Positions 1 to 10,092 are shown, numbered from the stretch's first letter. The stretch is 64,000 nucleotides of DNA from Methanotrichaceae archaeon (GCA_963803145.1 CAWDLW010000015.1:64001-128000); one strand, 5' to 3'. Notes: generated from the letters alone by a model not told the origin. Numbers and translations are program-made.

Positions 1-30
1 TAAGATTAGCAGGAATGGCAAATCGAGGTA

Positions 31-189
31 ATGAAAATGACACACCATGAAGCAAAAGAAGAAAAGAAGGAAGAGTCAGGCGAAAAGGTTGAGCCTATCA
101 AACCCGGCGATCCTAGAGTTGCTCGCAGAAAGGGCTCATTGCTAGATACCTGCTACACTACAAGTAGCGGACAGCCGAAGTCAAAGTAA
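31..189 (+). CDS. Small hydrophilic hypothetical protein (52 aa, MKMTHHEAKEEKKEES...)
   Basis: Translated by hand; ATG31 follows GAGGT (RBS-like), TAA at 187-189, immediately upstream of the M50 peptidase gene. Confidence 0.5.
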   Translation: MKMTHHEAKEEKKEESGEKVEPIKPGDPRVARRKGSLLDTCYTTSSGQPKSK

Positions 190-201
190 GGTTTGATCAC
201 T

Positions 202-1362
202 ATGAACTCCTCGTTTCAGATAGGGAAGATCTGGGACATACCTATCAGGTTGCACTGGACATTCATAGTGGGCATATTCTGGGTGGCTATAGCCTTTGGG
301 GCTATTCCACCTATTACTCTCCTCGGCAAGACTTATGGCTTTGGAGCAGTCGAACCGGCATCAATCAAATGGGCGTACTCTTTCATCTTCGCTATACTTC
401 TATTCATCTGCGTAGGTGTGCATGAGCTAGGGCACTCCTATATTGCCAGGCATTATAACATCGGAATTCGGAGCATAACGCTTTACATTTTCGGCGGCGT
501 CTCAGCTATGGAAGAGATTCCCAGAAATCCTAGGCGGGAATTTCAGATGTCCGCCACAGGGCCTCTTGTAAGCGGATTATTAGGGGTCATATCCATACTG
601 TTCTATTTCGAATCTGCCGCACTCCTGGGCACGGAGAACCCCTTAAGCATCCTTCTATGGACGCTCGGAATCGTAAACATCATACTGATGATCTTCAACC
701 TCTTGCCCGCATTTCCCATGGATGGCGGACGGGTTCTTAGGGCTTGGTTCGCCACATGGATGCCCTATGCGATTGCAACTCGCCGAGCAGCAGACATAGG
801 CAAAATGTTCGCAATCCTGATGGTCATAGTAGGTATACTCTCATTCAATTTACTGCTTCTCTTGGTAGCCTTCTTCATCTATATAGGAGCATCCGAAGAG
901 GAAAAGGCGACGACAGTTAATATCTGCCTCGAAGGCGTAAAGGTCAGGAACATAATGTCCTCCAACGTTCACACCATTACGCCGGACAAAAACCTCAGAG
1001 ATCTCATTGATCTCATGTTCAGGGAGAAGCATAGAGGCTATCCAGTAGTTGATAAGGGACAACTTGAAGGGATCATCACATTGACCGATGTACAGAAGGT
1101 CCCGGATGAGAAGCGCGATTCGACGACGATAGGCCAAGTCATGAGCAGAAATCTGATTGTAATTGGACCTGATGAAGAGGCATCAACCGCGGCGAATATG
1201 ATGGCAGAACGAGGTATTAATAGAATCCTTGTTTTAGAGAATAACAGTCTGATTGGAATCGTCTCCAGAGAAGATCTGGTAAGGGCCATGGAGCTCTGCT
1301 CTGAAGGAGATTTCACCCAAAGAAATAGTCGATTTGAAGGCGATGTCGAAAGAGGTCCGTAA
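202..1362 (+). CDS. Site-2 protease (M50 metallopeptidase) with C-terminal CBS pair
   Basis: HELGH zinc motif, FNLLPAFPMDGGR motif, transmembrane helices, two CBS domains. Confidence 0.93.
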   Translation: MNSSFQIGKIWDIPIRLHWTFIVGIFWVAIAFGAIPPITLLGKTYGFGAVEPASIKWAYSFIFAILLFICVGVHELGHSYIARHYNIGIRSITLYIFGGVSAMEEIPRNPRREFQMSATGPLVSGLLGVISILFYFESAALLGTENPLSILLWTLGIVNIILMIFNLLPAFPMDGGRVLRAWFATWMPYAIATRRAADIGKMFAILMVIVGILSFNLLLLLVAFFIYIGASEEEKATTVNICLEGVKVRNIMSSNVHTITPDKNLRDLIDLMFREKHRGYPVVDKGQLEGIITLTDVQKVPDEKRDSTTIGQVMSRNLIVIGPDEEASTAANMMAERGINRILVLENNSLIGIVSREDLVRAMELCSEGDFTQRNSRFEGDVERGP

Positions 1363-1705
1363 TGCTGCAGAAAACTTCTACTCTAACCCGCCAATCAAGG
1401 AAATCATTGAAGAAAAGCTAGGAACCGAACGCTATGATATTATTCCCGACAAAGGGCAGGCAACGCGAGATAAGCCGTTAACGCCGAGTGACCTTCTAGA
1501 AACTATACGACGGGCTCGAGCCGCTGTAGGTAGAATGCCTGGGCAAGACGCCGATGAGTACAGACTCTGGGTGATAACAATAGCGCAAAAGGTGGCTGAG
1601 GCCTCAAAAGAGGGTGGCTTCCTGGGCGTTGGGGGCAAAAGGGTAAGTGCGGATGAGACGGTGGCATTGAAAGAGATCGCCGAAACGATTGGGTATAAGG
1701 GCTAA
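1334..1705 (+). CDS. Conserved hypothetical protein (possibly 5'-truncated)
   Basis: C-terminal AQKVAEASKEGGFLGVGGKRVS motif recalls a widespread uncharacterised family. Confidence 0.6.
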   Translation: MKAMSKEVRNAAENFYSNPPIKEIIEEKLGTERYDIIPDKGQATRDKPLTPSDLLETIRRARAAVGRMPGQDADEYRLWVITIAQKVAEASKEGGFLGVGGKRVSADETVALKEIAETIGYKG

Positions 1706-2019
1706 TATACTTTTCGCCGAATATAATCGGAACTGGTAGACCCAATTATACAAAAAATGTCTGGCGAAGTATTAAACCTATTATGGCAAAGTGAGGCATC
1801 CTTAGACCAATGGGGAGCTAGAAAAGAGATTGATGCTGATAGGATACTCCAGCAGCACTAAATTATAAAGATATAGAGAACCAAGGAGAATAATTTTGTG
1901 CCAGGATTTTCGGATAATTTCATCAGTCAACTGTGCTTTGGCGAAATAAACACCCAAAATTATTTATCCTATGCACCAAGCAATATAATTAGCATCAAAT
2001 CGTGTGATAGTGGTGAATT

Positions 2020-2451
2020 ATGCGGAAATGTAAATCCTTTTTGGTTTTGGCTACGCTAATTATTTTAGCGTTCATTGTGAGCGTTAATGTTCAAGCACAG
2101 ATGCAATCGGCCAACGCAGGCACAACAAATGTAACAATAGTCAAAGCCCTTCAAGAGGGCACAGCGTTGCATGTTTTGGTAGCAAACAACGATACCACCG
2201 CAGTAAACCTTACAAATTGGAAGCTGATGACTGATAATAACCAAAGCACCTTCACATTCCCCGTCTTCACGCTAAATCCAAGAGCAGTAGTTACAATCCA
2301 TACTCACAAAGGAAATAACTCAGCTACAGACCTATACGGCAGCAATTTTATGTGGAACGGGACCCATGAGATAAAACTGCTCAATATGAATGGAATGCAA
2401 GTATACGACTATCGTATCAGCAGCCAACCAGCAAAAAATAGCTCGATGTAG
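2020..2451 (+). CDS. Secreted lamin-tail-domain-like protein
   Basis: Signal peptide; N...VNLTNWKL...FTFP.FTL...VTIHT.KG pattern typical of LTD. Confidence 0.75.
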   Translation: MRKCKSFLVLATLIILAFIVSVNVQAQMQSANAGTTNVTIVKALQEGTALHVLVANNDTTAVNLTNWKLMTDNNQSTFTFPVFTLNPRAVVTIHTHKGNNSATDLYGSNFMWNGTHEIKLLNMNGMQVYDYRISSQPAKNSSM

Positions 2452-2469
2452 ACTGTTACACTAACTATA

Positions 2470-2495
2470 TTCGATGGGGTTGTTTTCCCATCGAA
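2470..2495. terminator. Hairpin between convergent genes
   Basis: TTCGATGGG / CCCATCGAA inverted repeat. Confidence 0.45.
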
Positions 2496-2581
2496 CATAT
2501 TTCTTCGAAAAAGTTGAATATGCCTTCTGCTAATGTTTTCATTGCATAATAAGTTTTTGAAATGGGTTTTTTCATCTTTTT

Positions 2582-3109
2582 TTATTCCTTCTCATCCAGA
2601 GATGCCGCAAACTTAAGGTAATCGCAGACCGGCGCGCCAAGAGGAATTATATTGCCACTGATATTATCACCATCGATTTTAAGCTCAGCTATTGTGGGGA
2701 CCGACATTCTTGGAACAGTGGGACTTCCAGGGCAGATCAGGAGCCTTTCGCCGCTCTCGATTATCGGCCTGTGAATATGGCCGAAGATGAGAACTTTAAC
2801 ATCCATCTCCCTTGCCATCATGTCTGCGCCTGTTAAATCTGCAGAATGAGATGCCATATGAGTTAGGCCGATTTTTATGCCGTCGACCTCTATAACCTTC
2901 CTTTGTGGCAGCAGTCTTTTCAGAACAGGTGAGTCTGCATTACCGCATACCGCCTCGACCCTTCCAAGATCTGCCAAGGATTTGTAAACGTTAGGGGAGA
3001 CAAAGTCTCCCGCATGGAGTATTATATCAGCGCCTTTTAGCGCTTTGATAAGCATTTCAGGAAGGCCGTCTTCAAGATGGGTATCCGACAGGGCGACAAT
3101 ACGTGTCAT
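2582..3109 (-). CDS. YfcE/MJ0936-family metallophosphoesterase
   Basis: SDTH, HAGD, GNAD, FGHIH, PGS motifs. Confidence 0.92.
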   Translation of the reverse strand: MTRIVALSDTHLEDGLPEMLIKALKGADIILHAGDFVSPNVYKSLADLGRVEAVCGNADSPVLKRLLPQRKVIEVDGIKIGLTHMASHSADLTGADMMAREMDVKVLIFGHIHRPIIESGERLLICPGSPTVPRMSVPTIAELKIDGDNISGNIIPLGAPVCDYLKFAASLDEKE

Positions 3110-4305
3110 ACGTGCATCCTCCTCATGCCTGCTTCAACTATTCCCAGAAACTCAGCACCCACAGCCACCACGCTGTTTGTGAAGATTGACGCATTGATCT
3201 CGAAGATGGGGTACCTGAACTTTGTATAATCAGACATAAGCCATGTCGTTGTGAGGGTATCTCCACGGAAGATATCTGCATATTCAGGCTTGGTGGGTAT
3301 GAAGACGATATCATCGGTTCTGCCATACTTTTTCATGAGCGCAAAAAGTTGAGATGAGCTGTTTCCAGTTATGGGCATGACATCAGCGCCCTTGCTCAAA
3401 GCACTCATTGTGCCTTCAAGTGCCTCATAGGTGTTTCCTATGCCGCTGATGGGAATGTAAACATCTCCTATCTGGAAGCTCGGAGTGTTAAAATCCCGCT
3501 CCCAGTAGCTGATCTTATTCAAATGTGTGAACCTCATCTCAAAGGCTCGCGCAACCAGGCCCGATCTGCCTACACCGCCGATCATATAGCGGCCGCTGCG
3601 CGGGAAGAGCTTGTTGAACCAATGCGTCAGATGATCAGAGTCCATTTCCGTCAGGAGTATTGCATTATCTTCAAAGTCTTTTATCGCCGTATGATATTTA
3701 GGACACGATGGCTCGCAAATACCCTTCAGCCTTGATTGAATGTCAGCGAAGACGGCATTTAAAAATGTCAGGACCTCGAGTTCAAACTCCGTTCCAAGAG
3801 GTGAGAGCCGAGAACGGTTCTCCTTATCCGTTGCATATTTGGTCCTGCCCTTGATGACTAGTATCGAACCTTTATCATATTCACTAACAAGCCTGTAGGC
3901 AGTGCCGTTTTCGTTTGCGGTTATGAGCTTTATGTCTCCTCCGCGCGCTATCATGTCCTCGATATATTTGTTGACGGCAGGAGTCTCACCCGAGCCAGAT
4001 ATAGCAATCCCTAGGTTCTTGCCCTTCCTATAATGCCTTTGGACAGGGTCTTCAAGTGTGAATGGAAAGACATTTTCGAAATGATTCTGGATGAGCTGTA
4101 AAAAGCTATAAAGGGCAAGAGCGCTCCTTCCTGCAGCCAACCCATAAACGAACTTATTCTCGGGCGTTGGGGTGAGGAACTCCACCATTGAATCTGAGAA
4201 GGCCGCCACATCTGTCATCTCTAGATCAAGCAGCTTCTCTAGGAAGCCACATTGGAGTAGCGTCGCCTCGCGGAAGGTTTCTATCAGGCCTGACATGAGG
4301 ATCAC
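3106..4305 (-). CDS. Tandem SIS-domain protein, 6-phospho-3-hexuloisomerase (PHI/HxlB)-like
   Basis: Two repeats: AAGRS...ISGSGET...PLGTEFE and GVGRSGLVARAFEMR...ISGIGNT...PIFE; C-terminal MRRMH. Confidence 0.75.
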   Translation of the reverse strand: MILMSGLIETFREATLLQCGFLEKLLDLEMTDVAAFSDSMVEFLTPTPENKFVYGLAAGRSALALYSFLQLIQNHFENVFPFTLEDPVQRHYRKGKNLGIAISGSGETPAVNKYIEDMIARGGDIKLITANENGTAYRLVSEYDKGSILVIKGRTKYATDKENRSRLSPLGTEFELEVLTFLNAVFADIQSRLKGICEPSCPKYHTAIKDFEDNAILLTEMDSDHLTHWFNKLFPRSGRYMIGGVGRSGLVARAFEMRFTHLNKISYWERDFNTPSFQIGDVYIPISGIGNTYEALEGTMSALSKGADVMPITGNSSSQLFALMKKYGRTDDIVFIPTKPEYADIFRGDTLTTTWLMSDYTKFRYPIFEINASIFTNSVVAVGAEFLGIVEAGMRRMHV

Positions 4306-4338
4306 GGTGGAGGTTCAACAGATAAGCCTTTCCAGCCC

Positions 4339-5412
4339 TTAGCTGATGATCTCTTGCATGAGGCCACGGTCGCGAGCAAGCTTGATCTCTTGGGCTATGC
4401 GTCTTCCATTCGAGAGGTCACGTTCTACAAGATCAGAGTAGGGCGATCCGCCTATGTAGAGGTTCGTTCCTGCAACGATCCTAGCTGAAATTTCGAATAC
4501 CTTGAACTCAAGATCATCTGTAACTATGGTCTCAAGGCTGAATGGACCGAGCATTCCGCCGAATAGCTCAATCGATGTCTCAACAACCCTTTCGCCAAGC
4601 TCAAATGCCCTTGGAAGCAGCGATTCGCGTAAGACAAGAGGCAAGTTCCCAGTTACAACGAAGCTCGGATATATGCCCGCCTCTGCAAGCTCATTCATTG
4701 AGCCGATACGGAATATCTCGTCTGCATTGGATTCCACGCGACGATCTATGCCGAGCATGTCCAGCGTTCCCTTCGTGAGCCTATAGCCATCATTTTTTAT
4801 GGGTGAATAGAAGAAGTGAAGGTAATATCTTGTTCCTAAAATGAACTCTTGAATTGTATACTTCTGCTGCTGGGCCCCCATCTTTGACTGGAACTCGTCT
4901 TTATTTTTGGCTATAAAGAAGCCTCGGCCTCCTTTGGCACCGTGATACTTTACAATCACCGGTCTGTCTATATCGTCAGCCCTCTCAAATCGCATCGGCA
5001 CATTGACGCCAGCACGCAGGAGCCAATCGCGTTCCATTTCTCGATCGCTCTCCCATGCGAGCACTCTTCTGTTGCCGAAGGTCGGAACAGCAAGCGATTC
5101 GAACTTTTCTATGCCGAGGTACTCAACGAGGGAACCATGAGGGATAATAATTGCATTTTCATTTGTGATATCATCTGCATAATCCAGTAGTGCCTTATAG
5201 CTCTCGATGCATACGAACTTATCCGGCTTTGCAAGGGGAAAGGCATCATAGAACTTGGGGGGCTGTCCTATGCAGATCCCAAGTGTTTTGAAGCCTTCCT
5301 GGCGTGCACCGTGAAATATCTGCAGGCTGCTGTGTGAGCAGATGGTTGCTATGGTGAGATCATCCTGATCATATCCCTTCAAGATCTCTAAAACATCTTC
5401 CTTCGGAATCAT
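4339..5412 (-). CDS. purP: 5-formaminoimidazole-4-carboxamide ribonucleotide synthase (PurP family)
   Basis: IATICSHSSLQI, GAKGGRGFF, FEISARIVAGTN; start moved to ATG5412 (MIPKEDV). Confidence 0.92.
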   Translation of the reverse strand: MIPKEDVLEILKGYDQDDLTIATICSHSSLQIFHGARQEGFKTLGICIGQPPKFYDAFPLAKPDKFVCIESYKALLDYADDITNENAIIIPHGSLVEYLGIEKFESLAVPTFGNRRVLAWESDREMERDWLLRAGVNVPMRFERADDIDRPVIVKYHGAKGGRGFFIAKNKDEFQSKMGAQQQKYTIQEFILGTRYYLHFFYSPIKNDGYRLTKGTLDMLGIDRRVESNADEIFRIGSMNELAEAGIYPSFVVTGNLPLVLRESLLPRAFELGERVVETSIELFGGMLGPFSLETIVTDDLEFKVFEISARIVAGTNLYIGGSPYSDLVERDLSNGRRIAQEIKLARDRGLMQEIIS

Positions 5413-5503
5413 ATCGATAACCTTTACACACTTTGAAACTGCAAGGTCGGGATACAGGTAGATAAGCCTTAGGGTTATATGAGCATATTTGGATGAACAG
5501 ACT

Positions 5504-6046
5504 ATGAAAGGCACACTTGCGAGGGAGACAAAAGAGACCAAAATTATGGTCTCACTGAGCACAAGCGGCTCGGCAATCTGTGATATCAGCACAGGGATAA
5601 AGCTTCTTGATGAGATGCTGCGCAACTTGGCAGAGGCAGCAAGCTTCGATCTCGCAGTTAAAGCGGCTGGGGATCTGAAGACAGGAGATCATCATACGAC
5701 AGAGGATGTTGGAATAACCTTAGGCAGCGTTCTAGCGAAACTGGCCAACAATGGGATCGGTAGCACGATGGTTCCCTCAGGGGAATGCCTCGCAATGGCC
5801 GCGATACGCCTCGGCGAGCCTGGATACAAGGGCGACTTCAAATTCAGGGCTCAAGAGCTGGATGGTATGAGCCTTGAGAATATTGAACACTTCCTCAGAG
5901 CGCTGGCCTACAATGGCCGCTTCACATTGCATATCAAGGCTGAAGGCGGCGATGACAGATCCAAGATCGAGGCCATAAGCGCGGCAGTAGGCAGGGCACT
6001 CAAAAGTGCAACGGATGATGGGATGACGATAGGGAAAAAGAGTTAG
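5504..6046 (+). CDS. Imidazoleglycerol-phosphate dehydratase-like protein (degenerate HisB paralog)
   Basis: RETKET, GDLxxGDHHTTEDVG present; the second HHxxE motif is replaced by RSKIE. Confidence 0.75.
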   Translation: MKGTLARETKETKIMVSLSTSGSAICDISTGIKLLDEMLRNLAEAASFDLAVKAAGDLKTGDHHTTEDVGITLGSVLAKLANNGIGSTMVPSGECLAMAAIRLGEPGYKGDFKFRAQELDGMSLENIEHFLRALAYNGRFTLHIKAEGGDDRSKIEAISAAVGRALKSATDDGMTIGKKS

Positions 6047-6110
6047 CTAGATTTAGGCCAGGATTTCAAGGTGCCACTCCAGTATCGTCTTTTGGCTAAG
6101 ATAGGTTCTC

Positions 6111-7070
6111 TCAAGATCTTCCCTCAAGGGCATCGATAATAGCCTTTGCAAAGTTCTCTGATGCATCAGGGCCATCGCCGGTGATTATGTTTCCATCTTT
6201 GACAACGGATCCCTCTACTACAATCGCACCCTTGGATGCGAGGTGGTCCGTTTCCTCTGCCGTTGCCCTCTTGCCACAAAGAAGTCCTGCATCTGCCAGT
6301 ATCCAAGGGCCAAGGCATATCGCCCCTATAAGCTTGTTCTGGGCGCCCGCGGCCTTTGCCAAATTGATGTAATCCTTATCCTCGTTTAGATTTAGGTCTA
6401 ATATACCGTCTCCACCTACAAAGACGATCGCAGAGTAATCGGATACTTTGACATCCTTCAGATCAAAATCAATAGGAGTTGTCTCGCCGCCCATGCTGGT
6501 AGCAGTTCTTACACCTTTGGATGCCACAAAGACTGCATATCCATTGCTTCTAAAGTAATCTCTTGGTATATTCAGCTCCTTCTCCTGATACTCCTTCGGT
6601 GCCACGACCATCAGTATTTTGCCCTTCATAGCCAAATTATTCAGCTGGTTGCTTGCCTGGCTGTTTGTCTTACTGGTCTCGATGTTTGCCGATTGAAGGC
6701 TAGTTTCCGCGCCATTAACGGTTGGCTCTCCGTTCGTGTTTTCGTTTGACCGGTTACCCATCATGTTGCCGGTCGGATACGATCCCTGGTAGGATCCGCT
6801 AGGTATGTTGGAGTTTATTGAGCTATAGCTCTGAGGATAGAGGGTTCCTGCTTGGCAAGGAACTGGGATAAAGTTCCCTGCATAAGCTGAACCGCAGACA
6901 GGGCAGAGAGTATAGGGATTTGTGCTTGCAGCCTCGTATGCAGTAACTTTGAAGATTGTGCCGCACACAGGACATTGATAGCAATAGTAGCCAGTATCAT
7001 ACTGAGCGGCTGCAGGAAGATGTATTATTAAGAGCAGGATTACGATGGATATTATGGATAAAGCCTTCAT
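6111..7070 (-). CDS. Secreted DJ-1/PfpI family protein with N-terminal CxxC-CxxC Zn-ribbon
   Basis: Signal peptide; CPVCG twice; YQEKEL, FVGGDG, AICLGP, DGNIITGDGP. Confidence 0.85.
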   Translation of the reverse strand: MKALSIISIVILLLIIHLPAAAQYDTGYYCYQCPVCGTIFKVTAYEAASTNPYTLCPVCGSAYAGNFIPVPCQAGTLYPQSYSSINSNIPSGSYQGSYPTGNMMGNRSNENTNGEPTVNGAETSLQSANIETSKTNSQASNQLNNLAMKGKILMVVAPKEYQEKELNIPRDYFRSNGYAVFVASKGVRTATSMGGETTPIDFDLKDVKVSDYSAIVFVGGDGILDLNLNEDKDYINLAKAAGAQNKLIGAICLGPWILADAGLLCGKRATAEETDHLASKGAIVVEGSVVKDGNIITGDGPDASENFAKAIIDALEGRS

Positions 7071-7161
7071 GGATAAAGCATCTATGGACCAAGAATAAAC
7101 ATTTTGTGATGTTACGTATCGATAAAAATACTATCAATAAAAAAGTGTTCTCTAAGTATAA

Positions 7162-10092
7162 TCAGCCCTTGCGCCTGCCAAGTGCAACGATGATTAATGC
7201 CGCAAGCGCAGCGACAAAAGTTGGAGCACTGCTCTTTTTGGTTTCAGCCTTTACGGTGATTGCTCCATTGATTACCTTCTCTGGCCGGAAACCTTCAACC
7301 TTTGTTACGTTCAGGCGAGAGGTTGCATTGATGTCTTTTGCCGTAAACATGATGTTGACCAAGTCACAGCCGGATGGCATGATAATGCTGATCTTGCCTG
7401 CGCTTTGGTTGATCAGCGAAGATGTTTTGTAGGGGCCGGTTGTCCCTGTAGCCTTCAATATCGCCGGATCATAGGTGATCTCGATATTCTTACTGCCCAA
7501 GGATGGAACTTTCAAAAGGACTGTGAAATTTTTTCCTGCTGGAACTGTGCCGGAGCCCAAGAAGACCGTTTGGTTAGCGGTGGAATTGGACGGCGCTGCA
7601 GTCACATTGAAGTATATGCCCGAGACCGTGAGCGCATTGACAGCATTCTGGACTCTAGCCCTAAGCTCATACCTGCCCGGGGATGCACCGACGCGAATAG
7701 CATGAGGTTCGAGTGCTTGAATTGGCCCTGTAAGTGTATGGTTGGAGCCGCTCAGCCTGGTGGTTCCATTTATCACATCGAATAGCTTTAGAATGCTGCT
7801 TCCGGGCTCAATCTTAATGAACTCGCTGCGAGATTCTTTATTGGCAAGCATCTCAGAGTAGCTCAGGGATGAGTTGGTTATTTTATAACCTGTTGAAGAT
7901 AGGTAATATATGGTATTTCTATCAGCGATGCTGGCAATCCTTCCTGAGCTATCGAATATGGCACTAACCTGCAAAGGCGCGCTTGACTGGTTGATAAAGA
8001 GTTCTCCTGGCATTGGTCCATTGATATCCATTATTGTGCTGCCGTCGTCACTCATTTTTAGGACTGTGGCATTCCAGGTCCAGAAACAGCCCCAGAGGTC
8101 CCCAGAGCCCTGACTAATATCCTGACCAATGTCGGTTAGATCCCTGAAATTAACCGTTCTGCTGGATGGATCCTCTATCTCGGCAATCACTTGTACTATC
8201 GCTCCGGCCTGAACAATCATGCTGAAGTTGGCTTGTCCTCCGGACGGCACATTCGGGGTATAGCTGATATCTCTTGCCATCTTTGGTGCTGGCACAACAT
8301 ACTGCAAAGCGTAGGGGTAATACCTAAGGGTATCATTATCTGCACTCCTGATGTACATTCCAGGCCAGAGATAGGCAGATGTATTACGGCTTAGGGTTAT
8401 GCTATCATCCAGGTTTGCCATTGCTATATATCCAGGAGGAGAAGGCAGTATCACAAGATCGCCGAACTTCCTGCCGAAATCTACAGGAAGATAATTTTTT
8501 TCTGATATCTGGAATACGCCATTGACCATGATAGTTTCATTCTTGCCATCGGTAAAGACATTCTGAACATGCACTGCGATTATCGGCAGATCATTCACAT
8601 TAGCGACGTTCTCCTTATAAATGTAGGTTGAGTTGGCTTTCAGGATAGCAGTTTCTACCAGCAAGCCATTCTTGAACAGTGCCACAGCAGCTTTATCCTC
8701 ATTTACAGATACAAGGCTGAACACATAACCTTCGCCCAGAGTCAAGGCTCTGCCAGCGTTAAGAGGTATGTTTTGATCTGAATCCTGGATAATCTGAATA
8801 ACTCTATACTGTTGTATTGTACTTACATTTCCGATCTCACTGCTAGTCCCTAACTCATATCCGGCAAACCAGGGAAGGCCAAGGAATCCGATTACATAAT
8901 AGTCCCCCCACGGCTTGAACTTGAACGGGCTCTGCTCTACGATTGTAGTATATTGCAGTCCGCCCGATATGCCATAGAAGGTATTATTTCTGATGACCGG
9001 CACTGCCAGGCCGATGGTATTGTCTGAAAGCTTCCCGACGGTCAGCGTTTCTCTTCCCAGGGTATCTTCAGGATCGAAAAAGAAACCCGTGAAGTTAGCA
9101 GAGTTCCATCTTGCACTGAAATTACCTACGACGGCTCCTGAAGAACTATGTAAGGGAATAGTCGAATTGCCAGTGAAGACTGGCCCCCGTATCTCTTGAA
9201 CGCCGTAGTCGGATATGCTCCCCTGAGGGTAGTAGATCAAATTAGGCTGGTCCAGCACTACCAGCTCCAGACCATCTAGCAGAGGAACGGTACTGTCTTG
9301 AGTCAGAGTTAGATCTCTGTTATTCCTAAACTCTATGAGATTCTCGGAAAGATCTGTCAGCTCCATATTTCCAAGCTTTATGCCATCTGAGAGCTTGATG
9401 ACCGGGGCATCGCTTACCTCGAATATCCCATCAATTTCCACAACGCCGATGCCGTTTCCGCCTATAACCTTGTCTAAGTGTACAAGGATTATCGGGATAT
9501 TTTGGATCTTAAAGACGTATGTATCTCCGCTGCTGACTGCTGCCATATGTACAGGCTTTCCGTTCTTAAAGAGCACGAGGTTTGCCGCATTGCCATCCTC
9601 GGAAATCTCCCTCAAAGCCAGTACATAACCATTTTGCAAAGGCATAGAGCTGTTATAGCTTAAGGTGTGAACGTCATTGCTGTCAATGAGGATTTCTCTT
9701 AGTTCGCCCTTTCCAAGAGGGCTGACCTCATCCGTTAGGGAGCTGGCAGGATAGCTTGCAAGATACGGCTTGCCCAAAAATGCAATACCGTTATAGCTGC
9801 CCCATGGATTATACTTGAACTCTCTAGACCAGATATGGCTTGAGTAGATGATATGTCCTTCCTCTGCCAGTCTTCCGTTTGTATCTACAGAAAGCTGCTC
9901 ACCCCCAACGCCGTTATCAAGATCGTAGTAAAACCAGCCAAAGTCCTCAGCCTTCCAGATGCCATTGCCTTCACTGAACTGGCCTCGAACTAAGGCGGTC
10001 TCCACTGGCTGCTGGGCTATGGAGTTGCCAAATAGAATTAAAATCAAGCTTAAAGCTAAAAGACCTGAGCGAAAATATATCCCGAAATTCAT
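7162..10092 (-). CDS. S-layer duplication-domain (DUF1608-like) surface protein with C-terminal sorting signal
   Basis: Signal peptide; two repeats W..FGWFYYDLD...GGEQL / W...FTGFFFDPED..GRETL with WG.Y..I.FLG.P; PTF-TM-RRK tail resembling PGF-CTERM. Confidence 0.85.
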   Translation of the reverse strand: MNFGIYFRSGLLALSLILILFGNSIAQQPVETALVRGQFSEGNGIWKAEDFGWFYYDLDNGVGGEQLSVDTNGRLAEEGHIIYSSHIWSREFKYNPWGSYNGIAFLGKPYLASYPASSLTDEVSPLGKGELREILIDSNDVHTLSYNSSMPLQNGYVLALREISEDGNAANLVLFKNGKPVHMAAVSSGDTYVFKIQNIPIILVHLDKVIGGNGIGVVEIDGIFEVSDAPVIKLSDGIKLGNMELTDLSENLIEFRNNRDLTLTQDSTVPLLDGLELVVLDQPNLIYYPQGSISDYGVQEIRGPVFTGNSTIPLHSSSGAVVGNFSARWNSANFTGFFFDPEDTLGRETLTVGKLSDNTIGLAVPVIRNNTFYGISGGLQYTTIVEQSPFKFKPWGDYYVIGFLGLPWFAGYELGTSSEIGNVSTIQQYRVIQIIQDSDQNIPLNAGRALTLGEGYVFSLVSVNEDKAAVALFKNGLLVETAILKANSTYIYKENVANVNDLPIIAVHVQNVFTDGKNETIMVNGVFQISEKNYLPVDFGRKFGDLVILPSPPGYIAMANLDDSITLSRNTSAYLWPGMYIRSADNDTLRYYPYALQYVVPAPKMARDISYTPNVPSGGQANFSMIVQAGAIVQVIAEIEDPSSRTVNFRDLTDIGQDISQGSGDLWGCFWTWNATVLKMSDDGSTIMDINGPMPGELFINQSSAPLQVSAIFDSSGRIASIADRNTIYYLSSTGYKITNSSLSYSEMLANKESRSEFIKIEPGSSILKLFDVINGTTRLSGSNHTLTGPIQALEPHAIRVGASPGRYELRARVQNAVNALTVSGIYFNVTAAPSNSTANQTVFLGSGTVPAGKNFTVLLKVPSLGSKNIEITYDPAILKATGTTGPYKTSSLINQSAGKISIIMPSGCDLVNIMFTAKDINATSRLNVTKVEGFRPEKVINGAITVKAETKKSSAPTFVAALAALIIVALGRRKG

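Noticed and set aside
5413-5625. N-terminal extension of PurP in the ORF track
   Set aside because: Overlaps the divergent hisB-like gene; homology begins at MIPKEDV.
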